Counted from the first letter of the stretch, positions 36,178-46,914 are shown. The stretch is DNA of 64,000 nucleotides from an uncultured virus (IMG/VR IMGVR_UViG_3300028833_000080) (IMGVR_UViG_3300028833_000080), one strand, 5' to 3'. Notes: generated by a model from the sequence alone, not told the origin. Numbers and translations are program-made.

Positions 36178-39100
36178 ATGAAAAAAACTTTAATTAACAA
36201 AAAAATCATTAAAGCTTTAACTATTGGTCTTTCTCTTGCTTTATCCACAGAATCTATGACAGTTATGGCTGCAGAAGATACTACTCCTATCACTAATAAT
36301 GATAATGAAGAAGCTGTTAATAGTAAAATGGAAGAAAAAACAGACGAAGCATATATCAATATTAAAAAAGGAGAAGGAGAAGCATTAGAAGCTATTGACC
36401 AGGCACAAACAGTCCCTTCTGAATCTGTTCAAGAAACAAAAGAAGAACTTGAAGCAGAAATGGATTATAATATTGAAAGAAAAATAGATGCCCCTGAGGT
36501 AGATGTTCGTAAAGCATATGGAGTTAGTAAAAATGCTGAAGGATTTGCTATAATTGCTGAAAATAAAGCGGAAAGTGCTGAATTGCAGGCAGATATAACA
36601 AAAGAAAAAGTAGAGGATGCTACCGATTTAGTTAATCAAGCAAAAGATTTAACTGATAAAGCTAATAAAAAAGTGGAAGACACTGAAAAAATTCTCGATG
36701 CTAGTTCAAGTGTTTTAGAAAAAATTTCTAATGAAGTAGAATTAAATCAAATTTATTCTGATGCTAGTGCTGCTGTTTCCAATATGAATAAAACAGTAGA
36801 AGAAACAGAAAAAGAATTAAATAATATCAAAGAAAAATTTGATAAAGATAAGGCTGCTTATAATGAGGCGGTAAGTGCATATACTTCTTTAAAATCTCAA
36901 TTTGAAAATGCTCAAGATAATTTTGAATTAAACAAAGATGTTGCGGGAATCCAGGCTAATGAAGCGGAAGATAGATTAGAAGATCTTATATCTAAGACTG
37001 CCGATCTCGAGACCGCCGCCCGCAAAGCTAAAGAAGATTATCTTGCTTCTGGGATGGGTTATGTTCAGGCATTAGAGAATTCAATTGCCACTAAATTAAA
37101 TAATAATCAATCAGTTAATTTTACAGGCAAAGGCTCTTATGCAGAGCTCTTTGATTCTATTGTTGAATTTTACTATGTCCCTCAAATGCTTGAAGGAGAA
37201 TTCGTAAATATTGAATGGCATAGATATTCAGGTAATTATACCTATGCAGATGGTACAAAGAGTACTCAAGGTGATGTATTAAATTATTGTACTGTAACAT
37301 ATCTTGATAAAGAAGGAAATACAGTTCAAAAGAATTTAAACTATAAAATTGCTAATGGAAATCGCACTAATGATGCTAAATGGCCTGGCATTGTTATCTT
37401 TGAAAAAACTGAGCATAATGCTTTAGATAATGTTGAACTTACTACAGAAGAACTTAATACTCTTAATTCAACTAATTCTTTAGAAAAGAATGGAATTAAA
37501 TATATTAAGGAAAATAATGAATATTTTAAAGTTGCGGAAAGCGGTCAGGAAAAAGTATATTTTACTGAAGAAACTACAACTACAACTCAAAAGAACTTTA
37601 TTGGAGAAGAAAAAATTAGTTATGCCTTTGAAAATGGTAAATTAATTAAAACTGTTCAAAGAGATGTTTCAACAACTACTTATACTGGAGCTTCTCTTTC
37701 TGCAACGAGTTCTTATGATGATGAAGAGCAAGCGCAAACCGCTTATAAACAGGAACTTCAGAAAAAGATCGATGCTTTAGGAGATAATGATTTTATTATT
37801 ATCAATAATAAAGAATTTAAGAAAGGTGATATCGCAGATTTAACTGGATATGAATCTACTTCTAAAACAACTTATTCAATATCTGGAACATTTTCTGAAA
37901 AATATACAGATACAATGAATAGATATAGTGATAAATATGTATTCTCAAATGGAACATATTTATTAGGTATTGGCGAACAGCATGACTATGATGAAATTGC
38001 TCATTATGCTGAAAATAATAAAGTAATTGTAGAATATGCTAAAGTAACAAAAACAAATTCTGCAAGTTACTCATGGTTACATGATGCTATTATCGGTTGT
38101 GGTGATGACAAAGAGAAGCTTGAGAAATCTCTTACAGAAAAATTTGCTAAAGAAGGTAAAATTTATGTAGGTATTGATCCAACTGATTGGAATATTGGTT
38201 CTGCAAGTGTGTATATAATTGATGCCAAATCTCTTTCTATTGATGTTATTGCAGATGATGAGGAGACTGCAAAAAATGAATTTTCTATCAAAGCTACTGA
38301 AAAAATTAATCCTAATGCGAAATTATATAATGTTAAAACATCAGTTAATGCTACAACAGCCTATAGTTTTAAAACTTTAAATTATTTAGTTAAGAATGTA
38401 TTAATTGAAAAAGATAAAATAGTAGCACAGACTATCTATAATACTGATAAAGTAAATCTTGTAAAAGAGTATAGAAATGATAATTGGTATACTGGTAATA
38501 TTATTCTTTTAACTCAAGATAAAGCGGAAGGTATGGATTATAAGACTGATGGAAAACAGCCTTATAATAAAGATAGTATGATTTCTGATAATGCGGAAAC
38601 CCAGGCTACTCGTAACTTTAGGGACGCAGTAGAATTCGCTTCAGATCTCGCTCAAAAGTATCAAGATATCGCAGATAAAGCAAAAGCAGCTAACGAAGAT
38701 TTTATTAAAGCAAAACAGAATGTAAAAGATTTACAGATTGCTATTAGTAAGATGAAAGCAAATTCATCTATTGATAAAGATATTACTGATTTTGGTGATT
38801 TAGAAAATCAATTAAAACAAGCATTAAAAGATTTTGAAATTACTAAAAATAAAAAAGATGAATTAAATAAGAAATTAGCTGATATTAAGAAAACTCTTGA
38901 TGAAAAAATTAAAGAAATTAATACAGTAGAAATTGAAACATCTGGAGATGATATTCCTGCTACAATTCTTCCTTTAGCCGATGCTCCTCTTACAATAACA
39001 GGTAATAATAATCCTACTGTGCAAGAAAATAATGGAGCAGAACGAGATAACTTAAATACAAATGTTGATGATAATGAAATTGATAATAACAATCAGCAGT

Positions 39101-39294
39101 CTGAAGAAAATCCAGATGATAAAAGACCTAGTCTTACAGATATTGCACAGCAAACAATTGCTTTATCAGATGGAATTAAAGAAAATAATGAAACTCTTTC
39201 ATTGTGGTGGATATTATTAATTATCATTTTAATCCTTGCTGGAGGGTATGGTATTCATCATTATATAAAAAAAGAAGAAAAAGATAAAAAGTAG
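36178..39294 (+). CDS. Large secreted, membrane-anchored coiled-coil surface protein
   Basis: Signal peptide (..VMAAE), long coiled coils, acidic linker, C-terminal TM WWILLIIILILAGGYG plus basic tail. Confidence 0.75.
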   Translation: MKKTLINKKIIKALTIGLSLALSTESMTVMAAEDTTPITNNDNEEAVNSKMEEKTDEAYINIKKGEGEALEAIDQAQTVPSESVQETKEELEAEMDYNIERKIDAPEVDVRKAYGVSKNAEGFAIIAENKAESAELQADITKEKVEDATDLVNQAKDLTDKANKKVEDTEKILDASSSVLEKISNEVELNQIYSDASAAVSNMNKTVEETEKELNNIKEKFDKDKAAYNEAVSAYTSLKSQFENAQDNFELNKDVAGIQANEAEDRLEDLISKTADLETAARKAKEDYLASGMGYVQALENSIATKLNNNQSVNFTGKGSYAELFDSIVEFYYVPQMLEGEFVNIEWHRYSGNYTYADGTKSTQGDVLNYCTVTYLDKEGNTVQKNLNYKIANGNRTNDAKWPGIVIFEKTEHNALDNVELTTEELNTLNSTNSLEKNGIKYIKENNEYFKVAESGQEKVYFTEETTTTTQKNFIGEEKISYAFENGKLIKTVQRDVSTTTYTGASLSATSSYDDEEQAQTAYKQELQKKIDALGDNDFIIINNKEFKKGDIADLTGYESTSKTTYSISGTFSEKYTDTMNRYSDKYVFSNGTYLLGIGEQHDYDEIAHYAENNKVIVEYAKVTKTNSASYSWLHDAIIGCGDDKEKLEKSLTEKFAKEGKIYVGIDPTDWNIGSASVYIIDAKSLSIDVIADDEETAKNEFSIKATEKINPNAKLYNVKTSVNATTAYSFKTLNYLVKNVLIEKDKIVAQTIYNTDKVNLVKEYRNDNWYTGNIILLTQDKAEGMDYKTDGKQPYNKDSMISDNAETQATRNFRDAVEFASDLAQKYQDIADKAKAANEDFIKAKQNVKDLQIAISKMKANSSIDKDITDFGDLENQLKQALKDFEITKNKKDELNKKLADIKKTLDEKIKEINTVEIETSGDDIPATILPLADAPLTITGNNNPTVQENNGAERDNLNTNVDDNEIDNNNQQSEENPDDKRPSLTDIAQQTIALSDGIKENNETLSLWWILLIIILILAGGYGIHHYIKKEEKDKK

Positions 39295-39396
39295 AACTAG
39301 AATTTTGGGAGGCTTTTATTAAGCCTCCCATTTTTTTATTTGCATTTTTTAAAAATTTATGTTATAATATTATTATAAAAGTAAAGGAGTTATATC

Positions 39397-39663
39397 ATGT
39401 TTATTATTTTTCAGCCCAACTTAAATAAATATTTTACTACAAAAGAAGGAACAGTAATAGTTTTCAATAGTGATGCGAAAGCTTGTAATTTCGCCAACGC
39501 TTTTTATAATAATTTTGCTCTTCCTCACGCAATGGAACTAGCTTTTACAGACCCAAGTATTGTGGGAATGGTTATAAATTCTGCACAAAATTGGGAAATT
39601 GAATCTTTACCTGAAAAATATGAATATGAGATAATTAATTTTGAAGAATTAAAAAGAAGGTGA
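39397..39663 (+). CDS. Hypothetical protein
   Basis: Promoter and RBS. Confidence 0.6.
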   Translation: MFIIFQPNLNKYFTTKEGTVIVFNSDAKACNFANAFYNNFALPHAMELAFTDPSIVGMVINSAQNWEIESLPEKYEYEIINFEELKRR

Positions 39664-39669
39664 TATACT

Positions 39670-40479
39670 ATGAAAAAAACATATGCCTGTGCTGATTTTC
39701 ATGGAAATTGGACATTGGCTGAAAAAGTATTAAATTTCATAGAACCAGATGATACTCTTTATTTTCTTGGTGATGCTATAGATAGAGGTCCAGATGGAAT
39801 TAAAATATTCCAGACTCTTATTAATGACCATAGAGTAAAATTCATTAAAGGTAATCATGAAGAAATGATGGCTGATGCTATTCCTTATGTAGCAAGAGAG
39901 ATTGAAGATATTAGCTATTATGGCGGAAATGGGTATAATTTATGGTACGGTAATGGTGGAGAGGTAACTGCAAAGACACTTCAGGATATGAATGTGCAAG
40001 ATATTTATGCCATTAGAGAAGCTATTCTTAAAATGCCTACTGAATTAATTTATGAATCTCCTCTAGGACATAAAGTAATTCTTGAGCATGCTGGATATAG
40101 CCCTTTTATCACTCCTCATAGACAACATAACCCAGTTTGGGATAGAGATCACTTCTATGATGATTGGAATGATGGGTATGAAAAAGAAGACTTTAATCCA
40201 GATAATACCTATCTTATTCATGGACATACTCCTGTTCAATATCTTAAGTATTTGTATGGATATAAAAATCAGCTCACCTTCACAGAAGAGGAAATTATAC
40301 AAAAAAGAAAATGGCTTACTGAAGCAAAAGAAGATAAAAAGCCAGAAATAATAAAATATTGTGATGGTCATAAATTTGACATAGACCTCTGCACTATTAT
40401 AAGTAATAGAATAGCACTTATTGATTTAGATACTTTTAAAATTATTTATTTTGATGAAGATAAAGGAGATAATAACTAA
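39670..40479 (+). CDS. Metallophosphoesterase (Ser/Thr protein phosphatase-like)
   Basis: DFHG, GDAIDRG, GNHE, HAG, HGHTP. Confidence 0.88.
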   Translation: MKKTYACADFHGNWTLAEKVLNFIEPDDTLYFLGDAIDRGPDGIKIFQTLINDHRVKFIKGNHEEMMADAIPYVAREIEDISYYGGNGYNLWYGNGGEVTAKTLQDMNVQDIYAIREAILKMPTELIYESPLGHKVILEHAGYSPFITPHRQHNPVWDRDHFYDDWNDGYEKEDFNPDNTYLIHGHTPVQYLKYLYGYKNQLTFTEEEIIQKRKWLTEAKEDKKPEIIKYCDGHKFDIDLCTIISNRIALIDLDTFKIIYFDEDKGDNN

Positions 40480-40754
40480 TGAAAAGATTTTATGCTATTG
40501 AGTGGTATCCAACAAAAGAAAAGAAATATGGCGGGACCCCGATTATGAGAACTACAGTTCTAACTTTAACGAATCCTACTGGCAGAGTTGAGTTTGATGC
40601 TAAAAATGCTCTAAACTTATTTACAAAGAGCTGCGGAAATCTTAAGAAGAATACTGTAATTAAGATTAAAGAACTTGATGAAAATGGCGTTCAGATTGGT
40701 GAAGATATTGTACCTACATCTGATGAAAATTCAATTATTCCTGTTGCAAAATAA
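40479..40754 (+). CDS. Hypothetical protein
   Basis: Coupled to the upstream gene; terminator hairpin follows. Confidence 0.6.
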   Translation: MKRFYAIEWYPTKEKKYGGTPIMRTTVLTLTNPTGRVEFDAKNALNLFTKSCGNLKKNTVIKIKELDENGVQIGEDIVPTSDENSIIPVAK

Positions 40755-40859
40755 AATTGCGGGAGCTGGGTTAAAGTGGAATTAACCTGGTTCCCGCCTT
40801 TCTTATTGACATTATTAAAAAAATATGATATAATATTATTATAAAGAAAGGAAAAAATA

Positions 40860-41057
40860 ATGCCAAAAAGAATTGACTATTATGACCAAGTTGATAAAGC
40901 ATTAAAATCTTATGAAGAATATAAACCCTGGCATGATAAAAGTATAGAATGGATTTGTAATAGGATTGATTGGTGTTGGAAATGGAAAAAAATAACGGAA
41001 GAAGAAAAGGATGAATTAGTTGATAGAGTTTGTGAGGTAATGAATTATGTGGTTTGA
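40860..41057 (+). CDS. Hypothetical protein
   Basis: Promoter and RBS. Confidence 0.55.
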   Translation: MPKRIDYYDQVDKALKSYEEYKPWHDKSIEWICNRIDWCWKWKKITEEEKDELVDRVCEVMNYVV

Positions 41058-41210
41058 TGATGATTATTGTTTCTGTGGAAATCCAGATAATTGTCCTAAG
41101 AAAGAGGAATGTAAAAGAGCTATAAAGAAACAGGGCATTCATACGTATACTTTGTTTTATAAAGAAAATGAAGATTGCGAATATTTTATGAAGAAAGAAG
41201 GTAGATAATT

Positions 41211-42482
41211 ATGCTCAACAAAGAAAATCAGAGAGAGCTCGCTTATGTAACTCGCATTGATGCTATTGAACCTATTGTTGGTTCTGATAATTGCGAAGCT
41301 GCAGTTGTAGGGGGATGGAAAATCATGGTTCGTAAAGGTACTTTCCAGCCTGGAAATCTTGCAATTTACTTTGAGATCGACTCTCATGTAGATATAAACA
41401 AGCCTGAGTTTGCATTTCTTATCAAAAAGCGCGGAAATGTGAAGACTCAGAAGTACACCTTCGGTGGAAAGAACCCAGGCTTTTATTCTCAGGGTCTGCT
41501 TATGAGTGCTGAGGACTTCGGTGGATTTGAGTATCAGGATGGAGATGGTCAGTTTTATCTTCATTTTGGAAAAGATTCTTTCTTTAAAGAGAATGTAGAT
41601 TATAAAAATGGCGATTTTCTTACTGAAAAACTTGGTGTAACTTATGCCGTAGCCGAAGATAACAAGAGAAAAGCTAAATCTAATCCCGATGCTAAAATTA
41701 ATGCGGTTTTAGCTAGACATCCTTATTTTGCTAAAAAATATGGTAGAGTTATAAAGAAAAATAAATTCCTTCGTCAGTTTTTTATCTTCCTTTGGGGTAA
41801 GAAAAAAGATTCTCGTAGCTGGATTGAAGGAGTTCCGAAGACAGATGAAGAGAGAATCGAGAATAGAACCTGGACACTTGAAGATGGCTCAAAAATCTGG
41901 ATAGCTACAGAAAAAATTGATGGAACTAGTACTACTTTCTATATGTCCAGATCTAGAGGGCTTAAAAAGGGAGAATATCTTGTATGTAGCAGAAATGTAA
42001 TTTTTGATACCCCTGCAAGAGCAGAAAGGAATTATTATTCTGATACAATTGGTTCAAATGTATATATTAAAATGAGCGAAAAGTATAATGTTAAAGAAGC
42101 TCTTCAGAAACTTCTTGAAAATAGACCTTCCGCTGAATGGGTCGCAGTTCAGGCAGAAACTTTTGGGCAAAACGTCCAAAAACGAGACTATGGAATGAAA
42201 GATCAGGAAATAAGGGCGTTTAATTTACTTTATTCCGATTGCGGTAGGGTTGGAACTCTTGAAATGAGAGATGCTCTTGAACCTTTAGGTATCCCTGTTG
42301 TACCTATTATATCAGAAGGTATGACACTTCCTTCTACTGTAGATGAACTTCGTGAGTTTGTTCATAGTGCGGGTTCTGCTATTGACGGCGAAATGAAAGA
42401 AGGTATTGTATTTAGAACTGTGGATGGTAAGGATAGCTTTAAATGCGTTGATCCTGCCTTCCTTGTAAAATATCATCAGTAA
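41211..42482 (+). CDS. RNA ligase, Rnl2/DRB0094 family
   Basis: N-terminal IEPI.GSD..E..V.GW...YFEIDS domain; motif I TEKIDGT; AET, EGIV, FKCV. Confidence 0.85.
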   Translation: MLNKENQRELAYVTRIDAIEPIVGSDNCEAAVVGGWKIMVRKGTFQPGNLAIYFEIDSHVDINKPEFAFLIKKRGNVKTQKYTFGGKNPGFYSQGLLMSAEDFGGFEYQDGDGQFYLHFGKDSFFKENVDYKNGDFLTEKLGVTYAVAEDNKRKAKSNPDAKINAVLARHPYFAKKYGRVIKKNKFLRQFFIFLWGKKKDSRSWIEGVPKTDEERIENRTWTLEDGSKIWIATEKIDGTSTTFYMSRSRGLKKGEYLVCSRNVIFDTPARAERNYYSDTIGSNVYIKMSEKYNVKEALQKLLENRPSAEWVAVQAETFGQNVQKRDYGMKDQEIRAFNLLYSDCGRVGTLEMRDALEPLGIPVVPIISEGMTLPSTVDELREFVHSAGSAIDGEMKEGIVFRTVDGKDSFKCVDPAFLVKYHQ

Positions 42483-42730
42483 TCTAATTAGGCGGGAATC
42501 GGTCTAGAGCCAACTCCCGCCTTGACATTTATAAAAATTTATGTTATAATATATAATAAAAGGAAAAATATTTATGTTTATTCTTGCTTATATATTTTGT
42601 TATTTAACAAACACATTGGCAACAAAAGAAAGAACAATTTTATATTTTTGTGTCTATGCTTATTTTGATATAGTTATTAATTTTATGAATTTTTTAGTTT
42701 ATAAAATCTGTATTAAATTGGAGAAAAAAG

Positions 42731-42982
42731 ATGGTGAACAAAATTAACAATATAAATACAATGTTTCAATTAATTAATTCAAATAATTCTTACACCTCTC
42801 CTAAAAAGAAAAATATAATTACTCTTACTATTGATATAGATTTAGATTATGCTAGAAAAGTATTGTCAGAAAGAACCAATAGTAAAGAAGAATTTCAATT
42901 ATATAATTATTTATATTCAGATGAAAAAATAAAAGACGAAGTTCTTGACCGAATTAAATATTTGGGAATAAAGGAGAAATAA
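42731..42982 (+). CDS. Hypothetical protein
   Basis: RBS GGAG. Confidence 0.5.
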   Translation: MVNKINNINTMFQLINSNNSYTSPKKKNIITLTIDIDLDYARKVLSERTNSKEEFQLYNYLYSDEKIKDEVLDRIKYLGIKEK

Positions 42983-42983
42983 T

Positions 42984-43217
42984 ATGACTAAATTTACAGA
43001 AATTAAAATTGAAAATATATCAGATCTCTATCTTTTTGTAGATAAAGCTAGCCAGATTGATGGAGATATTATCGTAAAGAGAGGAAAATTTGCAGTGGAT
43101 GGTAAATCTTTACTTGGAGTTCTTTCTCTTGATATGAGTCAGGGCGCCGTAGTAATTTATCCAGAATCCGCACTTGAGTTTGATTCATTTTGTCAATATT
43201 TTAAAACAAATAATTAA
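42984..43217 (+). CDS. HPr-like phosphocarrier protein (no His15 motif)
   Basis: VDGKSLLGVLSL matches the HPr Ser46 region; no GLHAR. Confidence 0.75.
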   Translation: MTKFTEIKIENISDLYLFVDKASQIDGDIIVKRGKFAVDGKSLLGVLSLDMSQGAVVIYPESALEFDSFCQYFKTNN

Positions 43218-43291
43218 CTCTTTATTTTTTATAAAAAATATGTTATAATATTATTATAAGAAAAAATAAAAAGGAGATGATTTTTTAATGT

Positions 43292-43585
43292 ATGGGAAGT
43301 AAATTAATTGTAGATAATGAATTTTATTGTGTTAAGTGTAGCAGGAGGGGCATTCCTATAGCTAGGAAAAAAGGTGCAGAACGAGAAGCAGGACATTTAA
43401 AAAAATTATATTGTTTAAATTGTAAAATGGAGACAAATCATGCTGAATGCCGCCCATGGTCTGGATATACTTATGAAGATTTTCTTTTAGAATTTAATAA
43501 TCATAATTTTGATGAAGATGGAAATAGGATTTTAACATTAAGTGAGTTTAGGAGTAAAATAAACAATGAAAGAAATAAAGCATAA
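43292..43585 (+). CDS. Zinc-ribbon protein, ribosomal bL33-like N-terminus
   Basis: FYCVKC...HLKKLYCLNCKMETNHAE. Confidence 0.5.
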   Translation: MGSKLIVDNEFYCVKCSRRGIPIARKKGAEREAGHLKKLYCLNCKMETNHAECRPWSGYTYEDFLLEFNNHNFDEDGNRILTLSEFRSKINNERNKA

Positions 43586-44126
43586 ATTAATTATTCTTTG
43601 TGGAATCCCGGCTTGTGGAAAGAGCACATGGGTAAAAACTCATAAAGATTCAATATCTAAAACTACAAAAGTTGTATCTAGAGATAAAATTCGTTTTTCT
43701 CTTTTGAAAGAAGGAGAGGGATACTTTTCTAAAGAAAAACAGGTGTTTAATATTTTTATTGAAGAAATTAAAAAAGGTTTGATTGAAAATGAAGTAACTA
43801 TTGCTGATGCTACTCATTTAAATGAAAATTCAAGAAGAAAACTTTTAAATGCACTTGGTACTTCATTAAAAGATATTGAAATAGATGCTTTATTTATAAA
43901 AGTAAATCTTGAAACCGCTCTTGAAAGAAATTCTCATAGAGCGGGAAGAGCATTAGTGCCTGAAGATTCTATTAAAAATATGTATCTTACTTTAACGCCT
44001 CCCACTTTAGAGGAAGGTTTTAATAAAGTTTATATTTATGAAAATGGAAAATATATAGTAAAAGAAAAAGGAAGTGATAATAATGAGAAGGATTTTTCTA
44101 ACCTCAGATCTCCATTTCGGGCATAA
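43566..44126 (+). CDS. P-loop polynucleotide kinase-like (AAA_33)
   Basis: GIPACGKST, SRDKIR, DATHL, ERNSHR. Confidence 0.85.
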   Translation: MKEIKHKLIILCGIPACGKSTWVKTHKDSISKTTKVVSRDKIRFSLLKEGEGYFSKEKQVFNIFIEEIKKGLIENEVTIADATHLNENSRRKLLNALGTSLKDIEIDALFIKVNLETALERNSHRAGRALVPEDSIKNMYLTLTPPTLEEGFNKVYIYENGKYIVKEKGSDNNEKDFSNLRSPFRA

Positions 44127-44643
44127 TAAAGAATTTCTCTGGGGTCCTCGTGGCTTTAATTCAATCGAAGAGCATGATAAAGCAATAATTGAAAATTGGA
44201 ATTCTGTTGTAAATTGGGATGATGAAGTTTGGCTTCTTGGTGATTTAATGCTTAATGATAATGTACATGGAATTCATTGTATGAATCAATTAGCTGGAAA
44301 AATAAATATTATACGTGGAAATCATGATACGGATAATCGAATCCAAGAATACGTTAATATTAGACCCAATATTCTTTTTTATGGATTAGCTCAAATTTTA
44401 AAATATGGAGGATATACATTTTATCTCTCACATTATCCAACTCTTTGCTCTAACTTCGATGACGATAAACCGCTCCGTAGAAAGGTGATTAATATCTGTG
44501 GTCATTGTCATACTCAAGACAGGTTTAAAGATATGGACAAAGGAGTTATTTATCACGTTGAACTAGATGCACATAATAATACTCCAATTCTTTTGGATGA
44601 TATTATTAAAGATATAGAAAAATATGAGGAGAAGAAAAAGTGA
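44083..44643 (+). CDS. Calcineurin-like phosphoesterase
   Basis: SDLHFGH, LGD, GNHD, SHYP, GHCH. Confidence 0.88.
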   Translation: MRRIFLTSDLHFGHNKEFLWGPRGFNSIEEHDKAIIENWNSVVNWDDEVWLLGDLMLNDNVHGIHCMNQLAGKINIIRGNHDTDNRIQEYVNIRPNILFYGLAQILKYGGYTFYLSHYPTLCSNFDDDKPLRRKVINICGHCHTQDRFKDMDKGVIYHVELDAHNNTPILLDDIIKDIEKYEEKKK

Positions 44644-45077
44644 ACTTTATAGGTTATAAATACAATAAAGAAACAGGCAAATCTTTAGTATATATGGAGC
44701 ATTTAGGAAAAACTTTTATTGGTTGTGCGCGTTTACATCCAGATGATTTAGATAAAGAATCTGAACTTACTGGATGCACCTTGGCTGAACTCCGCGCAAC
44801 TATAAATGCTCTTAAATATGAAAGAAAGCTTGCTAAACAGAAATCAGATGAAGCAATTGATTTTGTTAAAGCTTGTGGAGGATATAAAAATTTTGACAAA
44901 GATTCACCCACCGCTAAAGCAATATATCGACAATTAAATCGAAGAATTAAAAAAGTAAATGATTTAACTGACGAAATCAATGCATTATTACAAGAATCTG
45001 ACAATTTTATTGGAAGACGAGAGTTTTTACTTAATTCAATCCGCAATAAAAAAAATATGTCAAAAGAGGATAAGTAA
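44640..45077 (+). CDS. Hypothetical protein
   Basis: G.ARLHPDD..SE..G..LAE.RA pattern. Confidence 0.6.
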   Translation: MNFIGYKYNKETGKSLVYMEHLGKTFIGCARLHPDDLDKESELTGCTLAELRATINALKYERKLAKQKSDEAIDFVKACGGYKNFDKDSPTAKAIYRQLNRRIKKVNDLTDEINALLQESDNFIGRREFLLNSIRNKKNMSKEDK

Positions 45078-45139
45078 TATTATCCTTTTTTCATATATAA
45101 ATAGAAACATATTCTAAGAAAGGTGGATTGATTATTCAC

Positions 45140-46381
45140 ATGAAGTTTTATGATACAAATAGTCTACTTATTCTTCAAAATGAAATTTTAAAAGAGCCCT
45201 TTATAATTTCAAGTATCTCATTAAATGAATTAGAATCAATAAAAACATCTAGAACAAAAGATGAAGAAACTAAGTGGGCAGCAAGACAAGTTTTAAATCT
45301 TCTTGCAGATAACGAAGATAAATATGAAATTGAAATATATAAAACATATTTAGATGATGAATTAAAAGTATTAAATCTTCCATTATCTGATGATAGCAAA
45401 ATTATTTTGTGCGCTAGAGAAGCTTTTATCAAAAGAAACTGTGAACATACAGGAATTTTCGTTACTGAAGATTTAGCTTGTAAAAAAATAGCTGAATGTG
45501 TTGGATTAAAAACTGAATATGTTAGACAAGAAAATGATAAATATACTGGTTATAAAACAATTTCTATGTCCGAGAGAGAATTGGCTAATTTTTACGAGCA
45601 TGTAATGCCTGAAAATGAAAATAAATATAATCTTTTAACAAATCAATATTTGTTAATTGAATTCAATAATGAAATTACTGACAAATATAAATGGGTAGAA
45701 GATCATTATCAAAAAGTAGGATATCATAATATAGAAAGTATGATGTTTGGTAAGTTAAAACCTTACAATAATGATATATATCAAACTATTGCTATTGATT
45801 CATTAGTTTCAAATCAAATAATTGTACTTCGGGGTCCAGCGGGAAGTGGAAAATCGTATCTAGCTATGAGCTATTTAATGAGTTTATTGGATAAAGGAAA
45901 AATTGATAGAATTGTCATTTTAGCAAATACAGTTGCAGTGCGCGGTGCTGCTAAATTAGGATATTATCCGGGCTCTAGATTAGAGAAACTTTTAGATAGT
46001 CAAATTGGTAATTTTTTAATTACAAAATTTGGTAGTATCACCGAAGTAGAAAAAATGACAGATGAAGGTACTTTAATGATTTTACCTTGTTCAGATATCC
46101 GAGGATTAGATTTAAACGGTATGAGAGCTGGAGTATACGTAACTGAAAGTCAAAATACCACTATTGATATGATGAAACTTATGCTTCAAAGAACTGGAGA
46201 AGATAGTGTTGTAATTCTTGATGGAGATACTGAAAGTCAAGTAGATATGTCAGAATATAATGGATCTAATAATGGCTTGCGTAGAGTATCTCAAGTATTT
46301 CGTGGTCAAGATTTTTATGGAGAAACAACCCTAGTTAATATATATAGAAGTCAAATTGCTAGAATAGCAGAGCAAATGTAG
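45140..46381 (+). CDS. phoH: PhoH-family ATPase with N-terminal PIN domain
   Basis: YDTN..ELE (PIN); GPAGSGKS, LGYYPG, IRG, ESQN, GD..QVD. Confidence 0.9.
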   Translation: MKFYDTNSLLILQNEILKEPFIISSISLNELESIKTSRTKDEETKWAARQVLNLLADNEDKYEIEIYKTYLDDELKVLNLPLSDDSKIILCAREAFIKRNCEHTGIFVTEDLACKKIAECVGLKTEYVRQENDKYTGYKTISMSERELANFYEHVMPENENKYNLLTNQYLLIEFNNEITDKYKWVEDHYQKVGYHNIESMMFGKLKPYNNDIYQTIAIDSLVSNQIIVLRGPAGSGKSYLAMSYLMSLLDKGKIDRIVILANTVAVRGAAKLGYYPGSRLEKLLDSQIGNFLITKFGSITEVEKMTDEGTLMILPCSDIRGLDLNGMRAGVYVTESQNTTIDMMKLMLQRTGEDSVVILDGDTESQVDMSEYNGSNNGLRRVSQVFRGQDFYGETTLVNIYRSQIARIAEQM

Positions 46382-46443
46382 AAATTAAGACTCAAGGTTC
46401 TAACCTTGAGTCTTTTTTTATTGGAAGGAGATGAGAAATAAAT

Positions 46444-46899
46444 ATGACTTTTAAAATATTGAAACTCCTTTTTGGACAAAAAAGTTTAGCTCAAAAAAAT
46501 CAAATTTCTAAAGTAAAACTAAAACAATGGGAAGCAGAAAAAGTTATTTTAGAAAGAGAAGCTAAAATAGAAAAAGAGCGAACTGAAATAAGAAATAAAA
46601 GGAAAGAAAATAAATTACCATCAGCAAAAAAGTTCTTAATATTTTTATTTATTAATTCAGTCATTTTAGAACTTGGAGTCGGCTGGGTAACATATAGTTC
46701 TTTTAAATTAGCTTTTTCATTAGGTGTACCTCCTGATTTATCTCCTTTAGTTGCTTTAATTGGAATTATTATAGGTCAAACTATCAGCTATGGTGTGTAT
46801 TCTAATAAATCTAAAGCTGAAAATACTGAAGGTGGCATTATCTATGATTTAGCTATGACTGGAATCCAAAATAAATCTAATGATAATGGAGTTGGATAA
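46444..46899 (+). CDS. Holin-like membrane protein
   Basis: Two TM segments, KSKAENTEGGI motif, immediately upstream of the endolysin. Confidence 0.6.
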   Translation: MTFKILKLLFGQKSLAQKNQISKVKLKQWEAEKVILEREAKIEKERTEIRNKRKENKLPSAKKFLIFLFINSVILELGVGWVTYSSFKLAFSLGVPPDLSPLVALIGIIIGQTISYGVYSNKSKAENTEGGIIYDLAMTGIQNKSNDNGVG

Positions 46900-46914
46900 A
46901 AAGGAGGAATATAA

